A stretch of DNA of 34,037 bases from positions 1,535 to 35,571 of the forward strand of contig CAZJOO010000001.1 of assembly GCA_964547725.1 (NCBI GenBank). The letters run 5' to 3'. The position numbers and the translations under genes were made by a program. Source of the stretch: an uncultured Candidatus Saccharibacteria bacterium. Lineage in GTDB: Bacteria; Patescibacteriota; Minisyncoccia; Minisyncoccales; Minisyncoccaceae. Positions 9,613-18,974 of this stretch are shown piece by piece (positions within the stretch are counted from its first letter, which is position 1; each line of letters opens with the position of its first letter). The notes under the pieces were generated by a model that worked only from the letters and a program-made list of their open reading frames with translations, was not told the DNA's origin and searched no databases.

Positions 9613-10919
9613 GAATATATTTCATTGGAATAGGCGGAATAGGTATCTCCGCCCTGGCTAAATATTATTTAAAGAAAGAAAATGAAGTTTTTGGTTCAGA
9701 TGTCTCTGGAAACGACATTATTGAAAAGCTTCTAAAAGAAGGTTGCCATATTAATATTGGGCCTCAAAAAAAAGAAAACCTACCAGAAAATCTTGACCTC
9801 GTAATCTATACTCCTGCTGTAAACGAAAGAAACGAAGAATTCACAGAAGCAAAAAGAAGGGGAATAAAACTTTTAAGTTATCCAGAAGCTTTAGGAGAAT
9901 TTTCGAATAATTTATTCACTCTTGCCGTCTCTGGAACCCATGGAAAATCTACAACGACAACCATGCTTTCTTTCATATTAATAGAAGCTGGACTAGACCC
10001 AACAGTTATCGTAGGAACAAAAGTAAAAGAATTTGGAGATAGTAATTTAAGAATAGGAAATTCAAAATATCTTGTTATCGAAGCCTGCGAGTATGAGAAC
10101 TCTTTTTTACACTATCATCCACAAATTTCTCTTATAATGAATATTGAAGCAGATCATTTAGATTATTTTAAAAATATTGAAAATATTAATAATAGTTTTA
10201 AGCAATTTGCAGCGCAATCTGAAAAAGTTATTATTCAAAACGAGTTAGATAGTGTTATAGAACACAAAAATAAAATTGTTTTCAATAAAGAAGGTGCAGA
10301 GATATTAAATAATATCCTACAAGTCCCTGGTCAGTTCAATAAAATTAATGCGTTTCATGCCCTTAAAGCAGCCAGAGAGCTCGGCATTGATGACGAAGTA
10401 TCATTTAGAGCTCTTGCTAAGTTTAAAGGCACTTGGAGGAGAATGGACATAGATGACCAATCTTTTGATTTTACTATTATTAATGATTATGGACATCATC
10501 CGACAGCCATTAAGGTTACCTTAGAAGCAATACGAGAAAAATATCCAACTCAAAAAATCTATTGTTTATATCAACCACATCAATACGAGCGAACTTTTAA
10601 TCTTTTTGATGCTTTTGTTGGCGCTTTTCAAAAAAGCTTAGATAAAAATTACATCGATGAATTGCTTATTTATCCAATTTATACAGTGGAAGCTAGAGAA
10701 TCCGAGGAAATTAAAAGTAAGGTAAGTTCAGAAAAAGTTGTCCTAGCGGTTAATAGAGAAAAATGTCTTTTTGCAAAAGATTTTGAAAGCACAAAAGAAT
10801 TTATCGAAAAAAACCTAAAAAAGAATGATGTTTTGGTGATAATGGGAGCGGGTAATATATATAATTTTTATCATTATTTAAAAAACTCTAATGAAAGCCA
10901 AATCATTTACATTAATTGA
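9609..10919 (+). CDS. murC: UDP-N-acetylmuramate--L-alanine ligase
   Basis: 436 aa. N-terminal 'FIGIGGIGISALA' and the Mur-ligase P-loop 'GTHGKSTTTTM'. ATGA overlap with the upstream gene. Confidence 0.9.
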   Translation: MRIYFIGIGGIGISALAKYYLKKENEVFGSDVSGNDIIEKLLKEGCHINIGPQKKENLPENLDLVIYTPAVNERNEEFTEAKRRGIKLLSYPEALGEFSNNLFTLAVSGTHGKSTTTTMLSFILIEAGLDPTVIVGTKVKEFGDSNLRIGNSKYLVIEACEYENSFLHYHPQISLIMNIEADHLDYFKNIENINNSFKQFAAQSEKVIIQNELDSVIEHKNKIVFNKEGAEILNNILQVPGQFNKINAFHALKAARELGIDDEVSFRALAKFKGTWRRMDIDDQSFDFTIINDYGHHPTAIKVTLEAIREKYPTQKIYCLYQPHQYERTFNLFDAFVGAFQKSLDKNYIDELLIYPIYTVEARESEEIKSKVSSEKVVLAVNREKCLFAKDFESTKEFIEKNLKKNDVLVIMGAGNIYNFYHYLKNSNESQIIYIN

Positions 10920-11652
10920 ACTTTTAGTAGTAATTGTAATTATCGGAATCTTAGCCGGAGTAATAATTATTTCAACGAGTTCTTCTATTGAAAAAGCTAA
11001 CCTTACAAAAATTGATGTTTTCTCAAATACGATAAAGAATAAATTAATGCTAGATATGGTGGGAAGTTGGAAGTTGGATGAAGGGACAGGAACTTCTATT
11101 ACAGACTCTTGGAATAACAATAACGGTGTTTTAACTGGAGCCGCTATCTGGAGAACAGGGACAGATTGTATCTCAGGTTCGTGTTTAGAATTCCCGGGAG
11201 TTGGAATGGTAACTATTCCTTATGCAAGCCCATCGACCTTAAATGAATTAACCGTAGACTTATGGATTAAGGTGTCTTCACAAGACCAACATTGGGAAGA
11301 GTTCTTTAAGATAGGAATTGATAGAATAGAAACCGGAGCTAATGGTACTTTTGGTTTATGGACAAACGGATATACTCACAGCAATATATGGAAAGCTAAT
11401 GAATGGTTCCATTTGGTATATTCGTCGAGTGCAACCCTGAACCAAACCAGTATTTACATAAATGGAAACATTATACAAGATAAAGCTGCATACACCAACC
11501 TTCCGTTTGTAGCAGGAAATATCCTATTTGGCACATGTTACTCATTAGAAAGCTTTAGTGGTTTTTTAGATGAAGTAAGGATATATAATAAATATATTAA
11601 TGCTGACCAGGCAAAAAGTCTTTTTTTAGAATCCATAGCAGCTAAGCAATAA
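10891..11652 (+). CDS. Type IV pilin-like protein (prepilin N-terminal motif) with a LamG/concanavalin-like domain
   Basis: 253 aa. The N-terminal 'KSFTLIELLVVIVIIGILAGV' is a class III (prepilin) signal. The C-terminal 'GFLDEVRIYNKYINADQAKSLF' is typical of LamG-type jelly-roll domains. Overlaps the murC end by 29 nt. Confidence 0.7.
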   Translation: MKAKSFTLIELLVVIVIIGILAGVIIISTSSSIEKANLTKIDVFSNTIKNKLMLDMVGSWKLDEGTGTSITDSWNNNNGVLTGAAIWRTGTDCISGSCLEFPGVGMVTIPYASPSTLNELTVDLWIKVSSQDQHWEEFFKIGIDRIETGANGTFGLWTNGYTHSNIWKANEWFHLVYSSSATLNQTSIYINGNIIQDKAAYTNLPFVAGNILFGTCYSLESFSGFLDEVRIYNKYINADQAKSLFLESIAAKQ

Positions 11653-11738
11653 TTAAATCTTGTATTTTTACCTATTTAATGGTATTTTAGAACTATAAAA
11701 CTAATTTATAACTTCATTATGATTTTATAAAAAAGCAT

Positions 11739-11879
11739 ATGAGCACACTTTGGACAATTATCATAATCGTTATCATTCTAGCAATTATATTTTGGTTAGT
11801 TTTAAGCCAAAATAAAGAAGATGAAAAAGAAGAAACAAAAGTAGGGGAAGAGGAAATAGAAAAAAAAGAAGACGATTAA
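11739..11879 (+). CDS. Candidate 46-aa single-pass membrane peptide with an acidic tail
   Basis: I translated this ORF by hand as MSTLWTIIIIVIILAIIFWLVLSQNKEDEKEETKVGEEEIEKKEDD. It is too short for the ORF track. A good terminator follows it, but no clear Shine-Dalgarno sequence precedes it. Confidence 0.3.
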   Translation: MSTLWTIIIIVIILAIIFWLVLSQNKEDEKEETKVGEEEIEKKEDD

Positions 11880-11887
11880 AAGTAGAG

Positions 11888-11920
11888 GGCCCCTTTTAGG
11901 GGTCTTTTATCTTTTTATTT
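11888..11920 (+). terminator. Intrinsic terminator
   Basis: ggcccc (11888-11893) / ggggtc (11899-11904) hairpin with one G:U pair and a 5-nt loop, followed by ttttatctttttatttttt. Confidence 0.6.
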
Positions 11921-11938
11921 TTTGTATATAATAAATCT

Positions 11939-14248
11939 ATGGAAAACAGACAAGAAACAGAAAAAAAATGGCAAAAGTTTTGGGAAGAAAACAAAGTATA
12001 TAAATATGACGAAAACTCTCAAGGAGAGGTCTATTCTGTTGATACTCCACCACCAACCATAAGTGGTAAAATGCATATAGGACATGCTTCTTCATACACA
12101 CACGAAGATGTGGTTGTTCGTTTTGAAAGAATGAATGGAAAAAAAGTTATTTTTCCTTTTGGAACAGATGACAACGGACTAGCGACAGAAAGATTTGTGG
12201 AAAAAGAAAACAATGTTTCTTCTAAAAAAATGCAAAGAAATGATTTTGTTGAACTTTGTAATAAAACATTAGAAGAGGTAAGACCTAGCTTTATCCAGAA
12301 TTGGAAAGATATTGGAATGTCTTGTGATTTTGATTTGGCATATTCTACCATCGACAAAGAATGTCAAAAAGTGTCACAGAAATATTTTATTGATTTATTT
12401 AATAAAGGACTTGCCTATAAAAAAGAAACTCCTATTCTTTGGTGTCCTTTGTGTGCAACTGCGGTAGCTCAGGCCGAACTTGAAGATAAAAATATTGCTT
12501 CTGTTTTTTACAGTATAAACTTTGATTTAAAAGAGGGAGGTCAAATAACTATAGCTACAACAAGACCAGAACTTTTGTCTTCTTGTGTTGCTATTTTTGT
12601 TAATGGTGAAGATGAAAGATATAAGAACTTGGTTGGGAAAAAAGTTATTACTCCTATATTCAATGACGAAGTAGTAATCATGACTGACGAAAAAGTTGAT
12701 AAGAAAAAAGGAACTGGAATCGTAATGTGTTGTACTTTTGGAGACACAACCGACATTGAATGGTACATGAGTCATAATCTTGATTTAAAAACCTCTATTA
12801 CAAAAGATGGAAAGATGACAGAACTTGCCAAAGAGTTTGAAGGATTAAAAACAAAAGAAGCTCGAGAAGAAATCGTTAAAAAATTAAAAGAAGAAAAAAG
12901 AATTGTTGATGAAAAAGCAATCGAACATTTAGTAAATATTCATGAAAGGTGTGGAACGGAAATTGAAATACTTTCAACAAGCCAATGGTTTATTAAGCTC
13001 CTTGAGAATAAAGAATTATTTATTCAAAAAGGAAAAGAAATCAAATGGAGTCCAGAACACTTAATTCATAGATACGAAAATTGGATTCAAAATTTAAAAT
13101 GGGACTGGTGTATTTCCAGACAAAGATTTTTTGGAATTCCATTTCCAGTTTGGTTTTGTGAAAAATGTGGAAACGTTATTTTAGCTGACGAAAATGATTT
13201 ACCGGTAGATCCTTTAAACCAAAAACCAAAAAAGAAATGTAGTTGCGGAAGTGAAGATTTTATTCCAGAGAAAGACGTTATGGATACCTGGGCAACAAGT
13301 TCTTTAACTCCTCAAATTTTAGAAAATTTAACAAAGCAAAAACTGACACCAATGAGTTTAAGAGCTCAAGCTCATGACATTATCTCAACCTGGCTCTTTT
13401 ATACTCTTGTTAGGTCAGAATATATAAACAATACCGTACCTTGGAACGAAGTTTTAATTTCAGGATTTGTTTTAGATGCCAAGGGTGAAAAAATGTCTAA
13501 ATCAAAAGGAAATATCGTTGAACCAAAAACAGTAATCGAAAAATATGGAGCTGATGCTTTAAGGTACTGGGCCACTAATACTGGTTGGGGAAAAGATATT
13601 AAATATGATGAAAATGAACTTAAGAATGGAGGAAAGTTAATTACGAAGATTTTAAATGCTGCAAACTTTGCCTCTAAGAATTTAAACAAAACAAAACCAA
13701 ACGAATTATATGTTTTAGATAAATATTTCTTAATCAAATTAAATAAAACCGTTAAAGAGGTTAACGACTTATATCAAAAAAGAGAAATCTCTCAAGCAAG
13801 GACCATAATTGAAAAATTCTTTTGGAATAATTTTTGTGACAATTACCTTGAATTATCTAAGTGGAGGATATATGGCGAAGATAATGAGGAAAAAGAATCT
13901 GCTAAGTATACTCTTTACGAATCTCTTTTAATTGTCTTAAAAATGTTTGCTCCAATAATTCCTTTTACTACTGAAGAAATTTATCAAAATTATTTTGCCC
14001 TAGGGGAAAAAACAAAGAGCATCCATTTATGTAATTTTCCAAAATATGACAGCAATCTAATCGATGAAGAGCTTGAGAAAAAAGGAGATTTAATGATAAA
14101 ATATTTAGAAGAGATTAGAAAGTCAAAATCAGAAAACGGAGTTTCTCAAAAATCAGAAATAGAAGAATTCCATATAATCGATGATATTGGAAATCTAGAA
14201 AAAGACTTGAAAGAAACTGGAAATATAAAAAACATTATTAAAGGATAA
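11939..14248 (+). CDS. valS: Valine--tRNA ligase (compact form)
   Basis: 769 aa. Class I 'KMHIGHA' (HIGH) and 'KMSKSKGN'. 'DTPPPTISG...FGTDDNGLATE', plus the editing-domain motifs 'TTRPELL' and 'GTGIVMCCTFGD', resemble ValRS. Confidence 0.85.
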   Translation: MENRQETEKKWQKFWEENKVYKYDENSQGEVYSVDTPPPTISGKMHIGHASSYTHEDVVVRFERMNGKKVIFPFGTDDNGLATERFVEKENNVSSKKMQRNDFVELCNKTLEEVRPSFIQNWKDIGMSCDFDLAYSTIDKECQKVSQKYFIDLFNKGLAYKKETPILWCPLCATAVAQAELEDKNIASVFYSINFDLKEGGQITIATTRPELLSSCVAIFVNGEDERYKNLVGKKVITPIFNDEVVIMTDEKVDKKKGTGIVMCCTFGDTTDIEWYMSHNLDLKTSITKDGKMTELAKEFEGLKTKEAREEIVKKLKEEKRIVDEKAIEHLVNIHERCGTEIEILSTSQWFIKLLENKELFIQKGKEIKWSPEHLIHRYENWIQNLKWDWCISRQRFFGIPFPVWFCEKCGNVILADENDLPVDPLNQKPKKKCSCGSEDFIPEKDVMDTWATSSLTPQILENLTKQKLTPMSLRAQAHDIISTWLFYTLVRSEYINNTVPWNEVLISGFVLDAKGEKMSKSKGNIVEPKTVIEKYGADALRYWATNTGWGKDIKYDENELKNGGKLITKILNAANFASKNLNKTKPNELYVLDKYFLIKLNKTVKEVNDLYQKREISQARTIIEKFFWNNFCDNYLELSKWRIYGEDNEEKESAKYTLYESLLIVLKMFAPIIPFTTEEIYQNYFALGEKTKSIHLCNFPKYDSNLIDEELEKKGDLMIKYLEEIRKSKSENGVSQKSEIEEFHIIDDIGNLEKDLKETGNIKNIIKG

Positions 14249-14252
14249 TTTT

Positions 14253-15656
14253 ATGAAAAGAACATTAAATATTGAAACTATAGAAAAGGTAGGAGAAGAG
14301 GTTCTTCTTAAGGGATGGGCTAGTAGTATTAGATCTCACGGAAAACTTATTTTTATTGATTTAAGAGATTTTTCAGGAATAACTCAAGTTGTTTTTACTC
14401 CTAAAATGGATGAAAAAATGTATTCTTTGGTTAGCGAAATAAAACCAGAATATATAATTGAAGTTTTAGGTGAAGTAAACGAAAGACCTGAAAGTATGAG
14501 AAACACAGAAATTCCTACTGGTTTAATTGAGATTAAGGCAAAGGAAATTAAAATATTATCAAAAGCAAAAACAATGCCTTTTCCTATTGATAATGATGGA
14601 TATGAAATAAATGAAAAGAACAGATTGGAATATAGATATGTAGATTTAAGAAGAGACAGATTAAAGAAAAATTTAATAAAGAGGTTTGAGACAATTAGTC
14701 TAATGAGAGACATTGTAAAAGAAAAAGGATTTATTGAAATAGAAACTCCTATCTTAAGTAAGTCTACCGTCGAGGGTGCCAGAGAATTTATCGTTCCTTC
14801 AAGAAACTTTAAAGGAAAATTTTACGGACTAGCTCAAAGTCCTCAACAATATAAACAACTACTAATATCTGCTGGATACGAAAAATATTTTCAGATTGCA
14901 AGATGTTTAAGAGACGAAGATCCAAGAGGTGATAGACAAGCAGAGTTTACTCAACTTGATATTGAAATGGCTTTTCCAGATTCAGAAGAAGATGTCATGA
15001 GTCTAATGGAAGAAATATATATTAGGGTTGTAAAAGAAATCTTCCCAGAAAAACATATCATGCAAATCCCTTTTCCTAGAATGACTTTTAAAGAATCTAT
15101 GGAAAAATACAATACAGATAAGCCAGATATGAGAAAGAATAAAGAAGACAAAGATGAGTTAGCCTTTTATTGGATAACCGATTTTCCAATGTTTGAATGG
15201 AAAGAAGAATATAAAAGATGGGGAGCTTGTCACCATCCTTTTACCTTGCCACAAGAAACAGATATCGATAAAATTAAAAAGAACCCAGAAAGTATCTTGG
15301 CTCGTCAATATGATTTAGTTTTAAATGGATTTGAAATTGCCGGAGGTTCTTTAAGAACTCACGATATTGAAACGTTAACTGCTTGCTTCGAAGTTATGGG
15401 GCATGAAGACGTAGATATTAAAAAGCAATTCAAACACTACTACAACGCTTTTGAGTTCGGTATTCCACCACATGGAGGAATCGCTTCTGGTATTGATAGA
15501 TTCTTCGCTGTCGCCTTAAATGAAGAATCCATTAGGGAAGTAATTGCTTTTCCAAAAACAGGCGACAATAAAGATTTAATGATGGCTTCTCCTTCAGCTG
15601 TTTCCGTAAAACAATTAAAAGAACTTGGAATAGAAATATCTAAAGATGAAGAATAA
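14253..15656 (+). CDS. aspS: Aspartate--tRNA ligase, short form without the large bacterial insertion domain
   Basis: 467 aa. Motifs 'QSPQQYKQLL', 'FQIARCLRDEDPRGDRQAEFTQLDIEM', 'GGSLRTH' and 'GIASGIDR'. The length is too short to hold the GAD-type insertion. Confidence 0.9.
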   Translation: MKRTLNIETIEKVGEEVLLKGWASSIRSHGKLIFIDLRDFSGITQVVFTPKMDEKMYSLVSEIKPEYIIEVLGEVNERPESMRNTEIPTGLIEIKAKEIKILSKAKTMPFPIDNDGYEINEKNRLEYRYVDLRRDRLKKNLIKRFETISLMRDIVKEKGFIEIETPILSKSTVEGAREFIVPSRNFKGKFYGLAQSPQQYKQLLISAGYEKYFQIARCLRDEDPRGDRQAEFTQLDIEMAFPDSEEDVMSLMEEIYIRVVKEIFPEKHIMQIPFPRMTFKESMEKYNTDKPDMRKNKEDKDELAFYWITDFPMFEWKEEYKRWGACHHPFTLPQETDIDKIKKNPESILARQYDLVLNGFEIAGGSLRTHDIETLTACFEVMGHEDVDIKKQFKHYYNAFEFGIPPHGGIASGIDRFFAVALNEESIREVIAFPKTGDNKDLMMASPSAVSVKQLKELGIEISKDEE

Positions 15657-16548
15657 TATTTTACTATTATCAATACTCTTAATTATTATATTTTTAGGAA
15701 GTTTTTGTTTTTTAAAAACTGAAACTTTTTCCAAAGACGACGTTTTCTCTTTCATAGACGAAAGTGCTAAAATATTTAAACCTTACTTAATTAAAACTAC
15801 CGCTCCAGATATTCAAGCCAATATTGCTTCTTCTGTTTTGCTTAACGAAGATAAGAAAATTATTCTTTACGAAAAAAACATAGAAGAAAAAACTGCCATT
15901 GCTTCACTTACAAAATTAATGACTGCTGTTGTTGTTATGGATAATTATCCTCTAGACTCTAAAATTATAGTTGACGAAGAAATGCTTACTGCTTGGGGAA
16001 CGGCAGGAGGGCTAATATTAAATGAGCATGTTACCATAGAAGATCTTTTATACATCTTATTAATAGAATCCAGTAATGACGCCGCCGAATGCTTAGCCTC
16101 AAAATTAAACCGAAATAATTTTATAATCTTAATGAATGAAAAAGCTAAAAAGCTAAAAATGAGAAGTACTCATTTTGTTAATCCTAGTGGTCTAGATGAA
16201 GACGATGGAACTTACAACACATCGTCAGCAAAGGATTTAACTGTTCTAGTTTCAGAAATAATTAAAAACTATCCTACAATAAAGGATATTTTATCAAAAA
16301 CAGAATATACGATTATTAGTGAAGAAGGCATTAGACACAAACTTTCAACCACAAACGCTCTCCTTAAAGAAATTCCTTATGAAACTTGGGGGAAAACCGG
16401 ATATACAGAAATTGCAAATGGGTGCTTGATTCTAATGACAAAAAATTCCAATAATGATACAATTATAAATATTATAATAAACTCCAATGATAGGTTCGGA
16501 GAAATGAAAACTCTAACAAATTGGACCGTAACATCTTTTTCATACTAA
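15646..16548 (+). CDS. D-alanyl-D-alanine carboxypeptidase (peptidase S11, PBP5-like)
   Basis: 300 aa. N-terminal anchor, SxxK 'ASLTK', SxN 'SSND' and KTG 'GKTGYT'. Confidence 0.8.
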   Translation: MKNNILLLSILLIIIFLGSFCFLKTETFSKDDVFSFIDESAKIFKPYLIKTTAPDIQANIASSVLLNEDKKIILYEKNIEEKTAIASLTKLMTAVVVMDNYPLDSKIIVDEEMLTAWGTAGGLILNEHVTIEDLLYILLIESSNDAAECLASKLNRNNFIILMNEKAKKLKMRSTHFVNPSGLDEDDGTYNTSSAKDLTVLVSEIIKNYPTIKDILSKTEYTIISEEGIRHKLSTTNALLKEIPYETWGKTGYTEIANGCLILMTKNSNNDTIINIIINSNDRFGEMKTLTNWTVTSFSY

Positions 16549-16551
16549 AAT

Positions 16552-17634
16552 ATGACAATTGAAATCTATAACGCTATTAGACTTTTGGGATTAACTGCTG
16601 TGGGCTCAATCATTGCTTTTGTTTTTGCTCGTTTCTTAATACCATACTTAAATCAAAAACAGTTTTGGAAAAAGAAAGTAAGAGCACTTACAATCGATGG
16701 AAAAGATGCTGAAATTTTTGCCAAATTTCACAAAGAAAAAGAAACAAACACGCCAAGGGGAGGAGGAATAATTATCTGGGGAACTGTTTTCTTGATAGCT
16801 ATTTTTTTTGCCGCCTTGCCACATATAACTAATGTTTGGTGGTTGGAAGATTTGAACTTTATTTCTAGAGCCGAAACATGGCTTCCTTTTTTTACAATAA
16901 TTGTTGCGTCTATAATTGGGCTAGCAGATGATATGTCGGTGGTTTGGGGAAAAGGAAAGTATATTGGTGGTGGATTAAAATTCTCTTTTAGAATGGCCCT
17001 TATTTCAGCTATTGGATTAATAGGAGGACTTTGGTTTTATTTAAAATTAGGCTGGACAACTATTCACATTCCTCTTCTTTTTAATTTTCCAGAAGGAATA
17101 GATTTTAACTTTGGAATTTTCTTTATCTTGCTTTTTGTTGTAGTTTGCTTAGCTTGTTGGGCTGGAGGTGTTGTGGACGGAATTGATGGATTGGCTGGAG
17201 GAACTTTCGCCTCTATTTTTGCTGCTTTTGCTGTAATTGCTTTTTCTCAAGGATTATATAACCTAGCAATCTTTTGTTCTATTATTACCGGAACCTTATT
17301 TAGCTTTTTATGGTTTAATATTCCTCCCGCTAAATTCTACATGGGAGAAACTGGGGTGATGGGACTGACGATAACTATGGCTGTGGTTTCTTTTTTAACA
17401 AACTCTATTGTTGTCTTACCAATCATCGCTGGAATTTTAGTTATAGAAGCTGGGTCAGTTATCCTTCAACTTCTTTCTAAAAAATTCAGAGGTAAAAAAA
17501 TATGGCAATCAACTCCTATCCACCATCATTTAGAAGCAATGGGTTGGACACAGCCTCAAATCTCTATGAGGTTTTGGCTGTTAGGGGTAGTTTTTGCGAT
17601 TATAGGAGTGACTATTCAACTATTATGGACTTAA
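16552..17634 (+). CDS. mraY: Phospho-N-acetylmuramoyl-pentapeptide transferase
   Basis: 360-aa polytopic protein with the motifs 'GLADD', 'DGIDGLAGG' and 'TPIHHHLE'. Confidence 0.95.
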   Translation: MTIEIYNAIRLLGLTAVGSIIAFVFARFLIPYLNQKQFWKKKVRALTIDGKDAEIFAKFHKEKETNTPRGGGIIIWGTVFLIAIFFAALPHITNVWWLEDLNFISRAETWLPFFTIIVASIIGLADDMSVVWGKGKYIGGGLKFSFRMALISAIGLIGGLWFYLKLGWTTIHIPLLFNFPEGIDFNFGIFFILLFVVVCLACWAGGVVDGIDGLAGGTFASIFAAFAVIAFSQGLYNLAIFCSIITGTLFSFLWFNIPPAKFYMGETGVMGLTITMAVVSFLTNSIVVLPIIAGILVIEAGSVILQLLSKKFRGKKIWQSTPIHHHLEAMGWTQPQISMRFWLLGVVFAIIGVTIQLLWT

Positions 17635-18974
17635 GAAAAAAACATCCTTGTTTTAGATATAAGGAATATAAGTATGATTTTAAAAATGGAGATTTAAATA
17701 TTTCTTTTAATTTTTCGATTGAACCAAACATTGAATTTCATCCTAATTTAAGAATTAAAAATGTTTCTGGAAAAAATATAGATTTAGAAATTCTTGAAAA
17801 TTTAATTTTTAACTTAGGAATGATTGAGCTTGTGAGTTATTATAAAGCAACTTGTTCTCCTCAAATTATTATCGAATGCGGCAAGCTAAACCAAAAACAA
17901 AAAAACTTTTGGGAAAAACTTTACTTTAATGGGCTTGGAGAATTCTTTTTCCAAAATAAAATAGATTTTACAACAAAAAATTTTTTAAAAATTGAATGTA
18001 TTTCAAATAAAGAATTTAAAAAGAAGAAAATTAAAGCCTCGGACAAAATACTTCTTCCTATTGGAGGAGGAAAAGATTCTATCGTCTCTTTAAATCTTCT
18101 TCTAAAAGAAAATATTTACTGTTTTGGGCTAAATAAGACAAAAGAAATTGAGCAAACAATCGGAGAGAACAAACATATTTACGCAGAAAGAGAGATAGAT
18201 AAAAATCTCCTCAGGCTCAATAGGGAAGGCTATTATAACGGACACACTCCTTTTTCTGCATATTTAGCTTTCTTAACAACACTAACTGCTTATCTTATTG
18301 ATGCAAAATACATTGCTTTGTCTAATGAAAGAAGTGCTAACGAAGAGACTACAAAATACTTTGGTAGAAAAATAAATCACCAATATTCAAAAACTTTTGA
18401 ATTTGAAAATGATTTTCGAAAATATTCAAAAGAATTTTTAATCGAAGGTATAGAATATTTTAGCTTTTTAAGACCTTTGTATGAAATCCAAATTGCAGAG
18501 ATATTTTCCAGATTTACAAAATATCACTCTATTTTTTTAAGCTGTAATGAGGCTAATAAAACCTGTTCTGGAACAAAAGAAAAAAGTTTAAAATGGTGCG
18601 GCAAATGCCCTAAATGCCTATTTATTTTTTCAATCCTATATCCTTTTTTAAAAGAAGAAGAACTTCTAAATATATTTGGAAGAAATCTATTTGAGGATAA
18701 AAATCTAAAAAGAGAAATGCTCCAACTGATTGGCAAAGAAAAAACAAAACCTTTCGAGTGTATCGGAACTACCAAAGAATCGCTATTAGCTTTTTATTTA
18801 AGTTTTAAAAAGGCAGAAGAAAAAAGATATTACCTGTTAGATTATTTAAATAAAAACAATTATTTTAAAAATATAAGAACAAAACATATTTTAAATGATT
18901 TCAACAAAAAAAATAACCTTCCAACAAAATTTAAAAAAATATTAAAAAATGAAATTGAAAGAACTAAAAGATAA
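17625..18974 (+). CDS. PP-loop (QueC-like) ATP-pyrophosphatase-family protein embedded in the dcw cluster; candidate MurL-type UDP-MurNAc-L-Ala-L-Glu epimerase
   Basis: 449 aa counted from the ATG at 17625, which forms an ATGGACTTAA overlap with the mraY stop. It carries the PP-loop-like 'LLPIGGGKDSIVSL' and the cysteine cluster 'WCGKCPKC'. It lies between mraY and murD and overlaps both. That it is a CDS is solid; the function is inferred. Confidence 0.5.
   Translation: MDLRKKHPCFRYKEYKYDFKNGDLNISFNFSIEPNIEFHPNLRIKNVSGKNIDLEILENLIFNLGMIELVSYYKATCSPQIIIECGKLNQKQKNFWEKLYFNGLGEFFFQNKIDFTTKNFLKIECISNKEFKKKKIKASDKILLPIGGGKDSIVSLNLLLKENIYCFGLNKTKEIEQTIGENKHIYAEREIDKNLLRLNREGYYNGHTPFSAYLAFLTTLTAYLIDAKYIALSNERSANEETTKYFGRKINHQYSKTFEFENDFRKYSKEFLIEGIEYFSFLRPLYEIQIAEIFSRFTKYHSIFLSCNEANKTCSGTKEKSLKWCGKCPKCLFIFSILYPFLKEEELLNIFGRNLFEDKNLKREMLQLIGKEKTKPFECIGTTKESLLAFYLSFKKAEEKRYYLLDYLNKNNYFKNIRTKHILNDFNKKNNLPTKFKKILKNEIERTKR

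Noticed and set aside
17502-17624. The ORF-track start at 17502 for the PP-loop protein, which would overlap mraY by 133 nt
   Set aside because: The first 41 residues are just the alternative frame of the mraY 3' end. The ATG at 17625 gives a 10-nt overlap, which matches the overlap style of the rest of the cluster.
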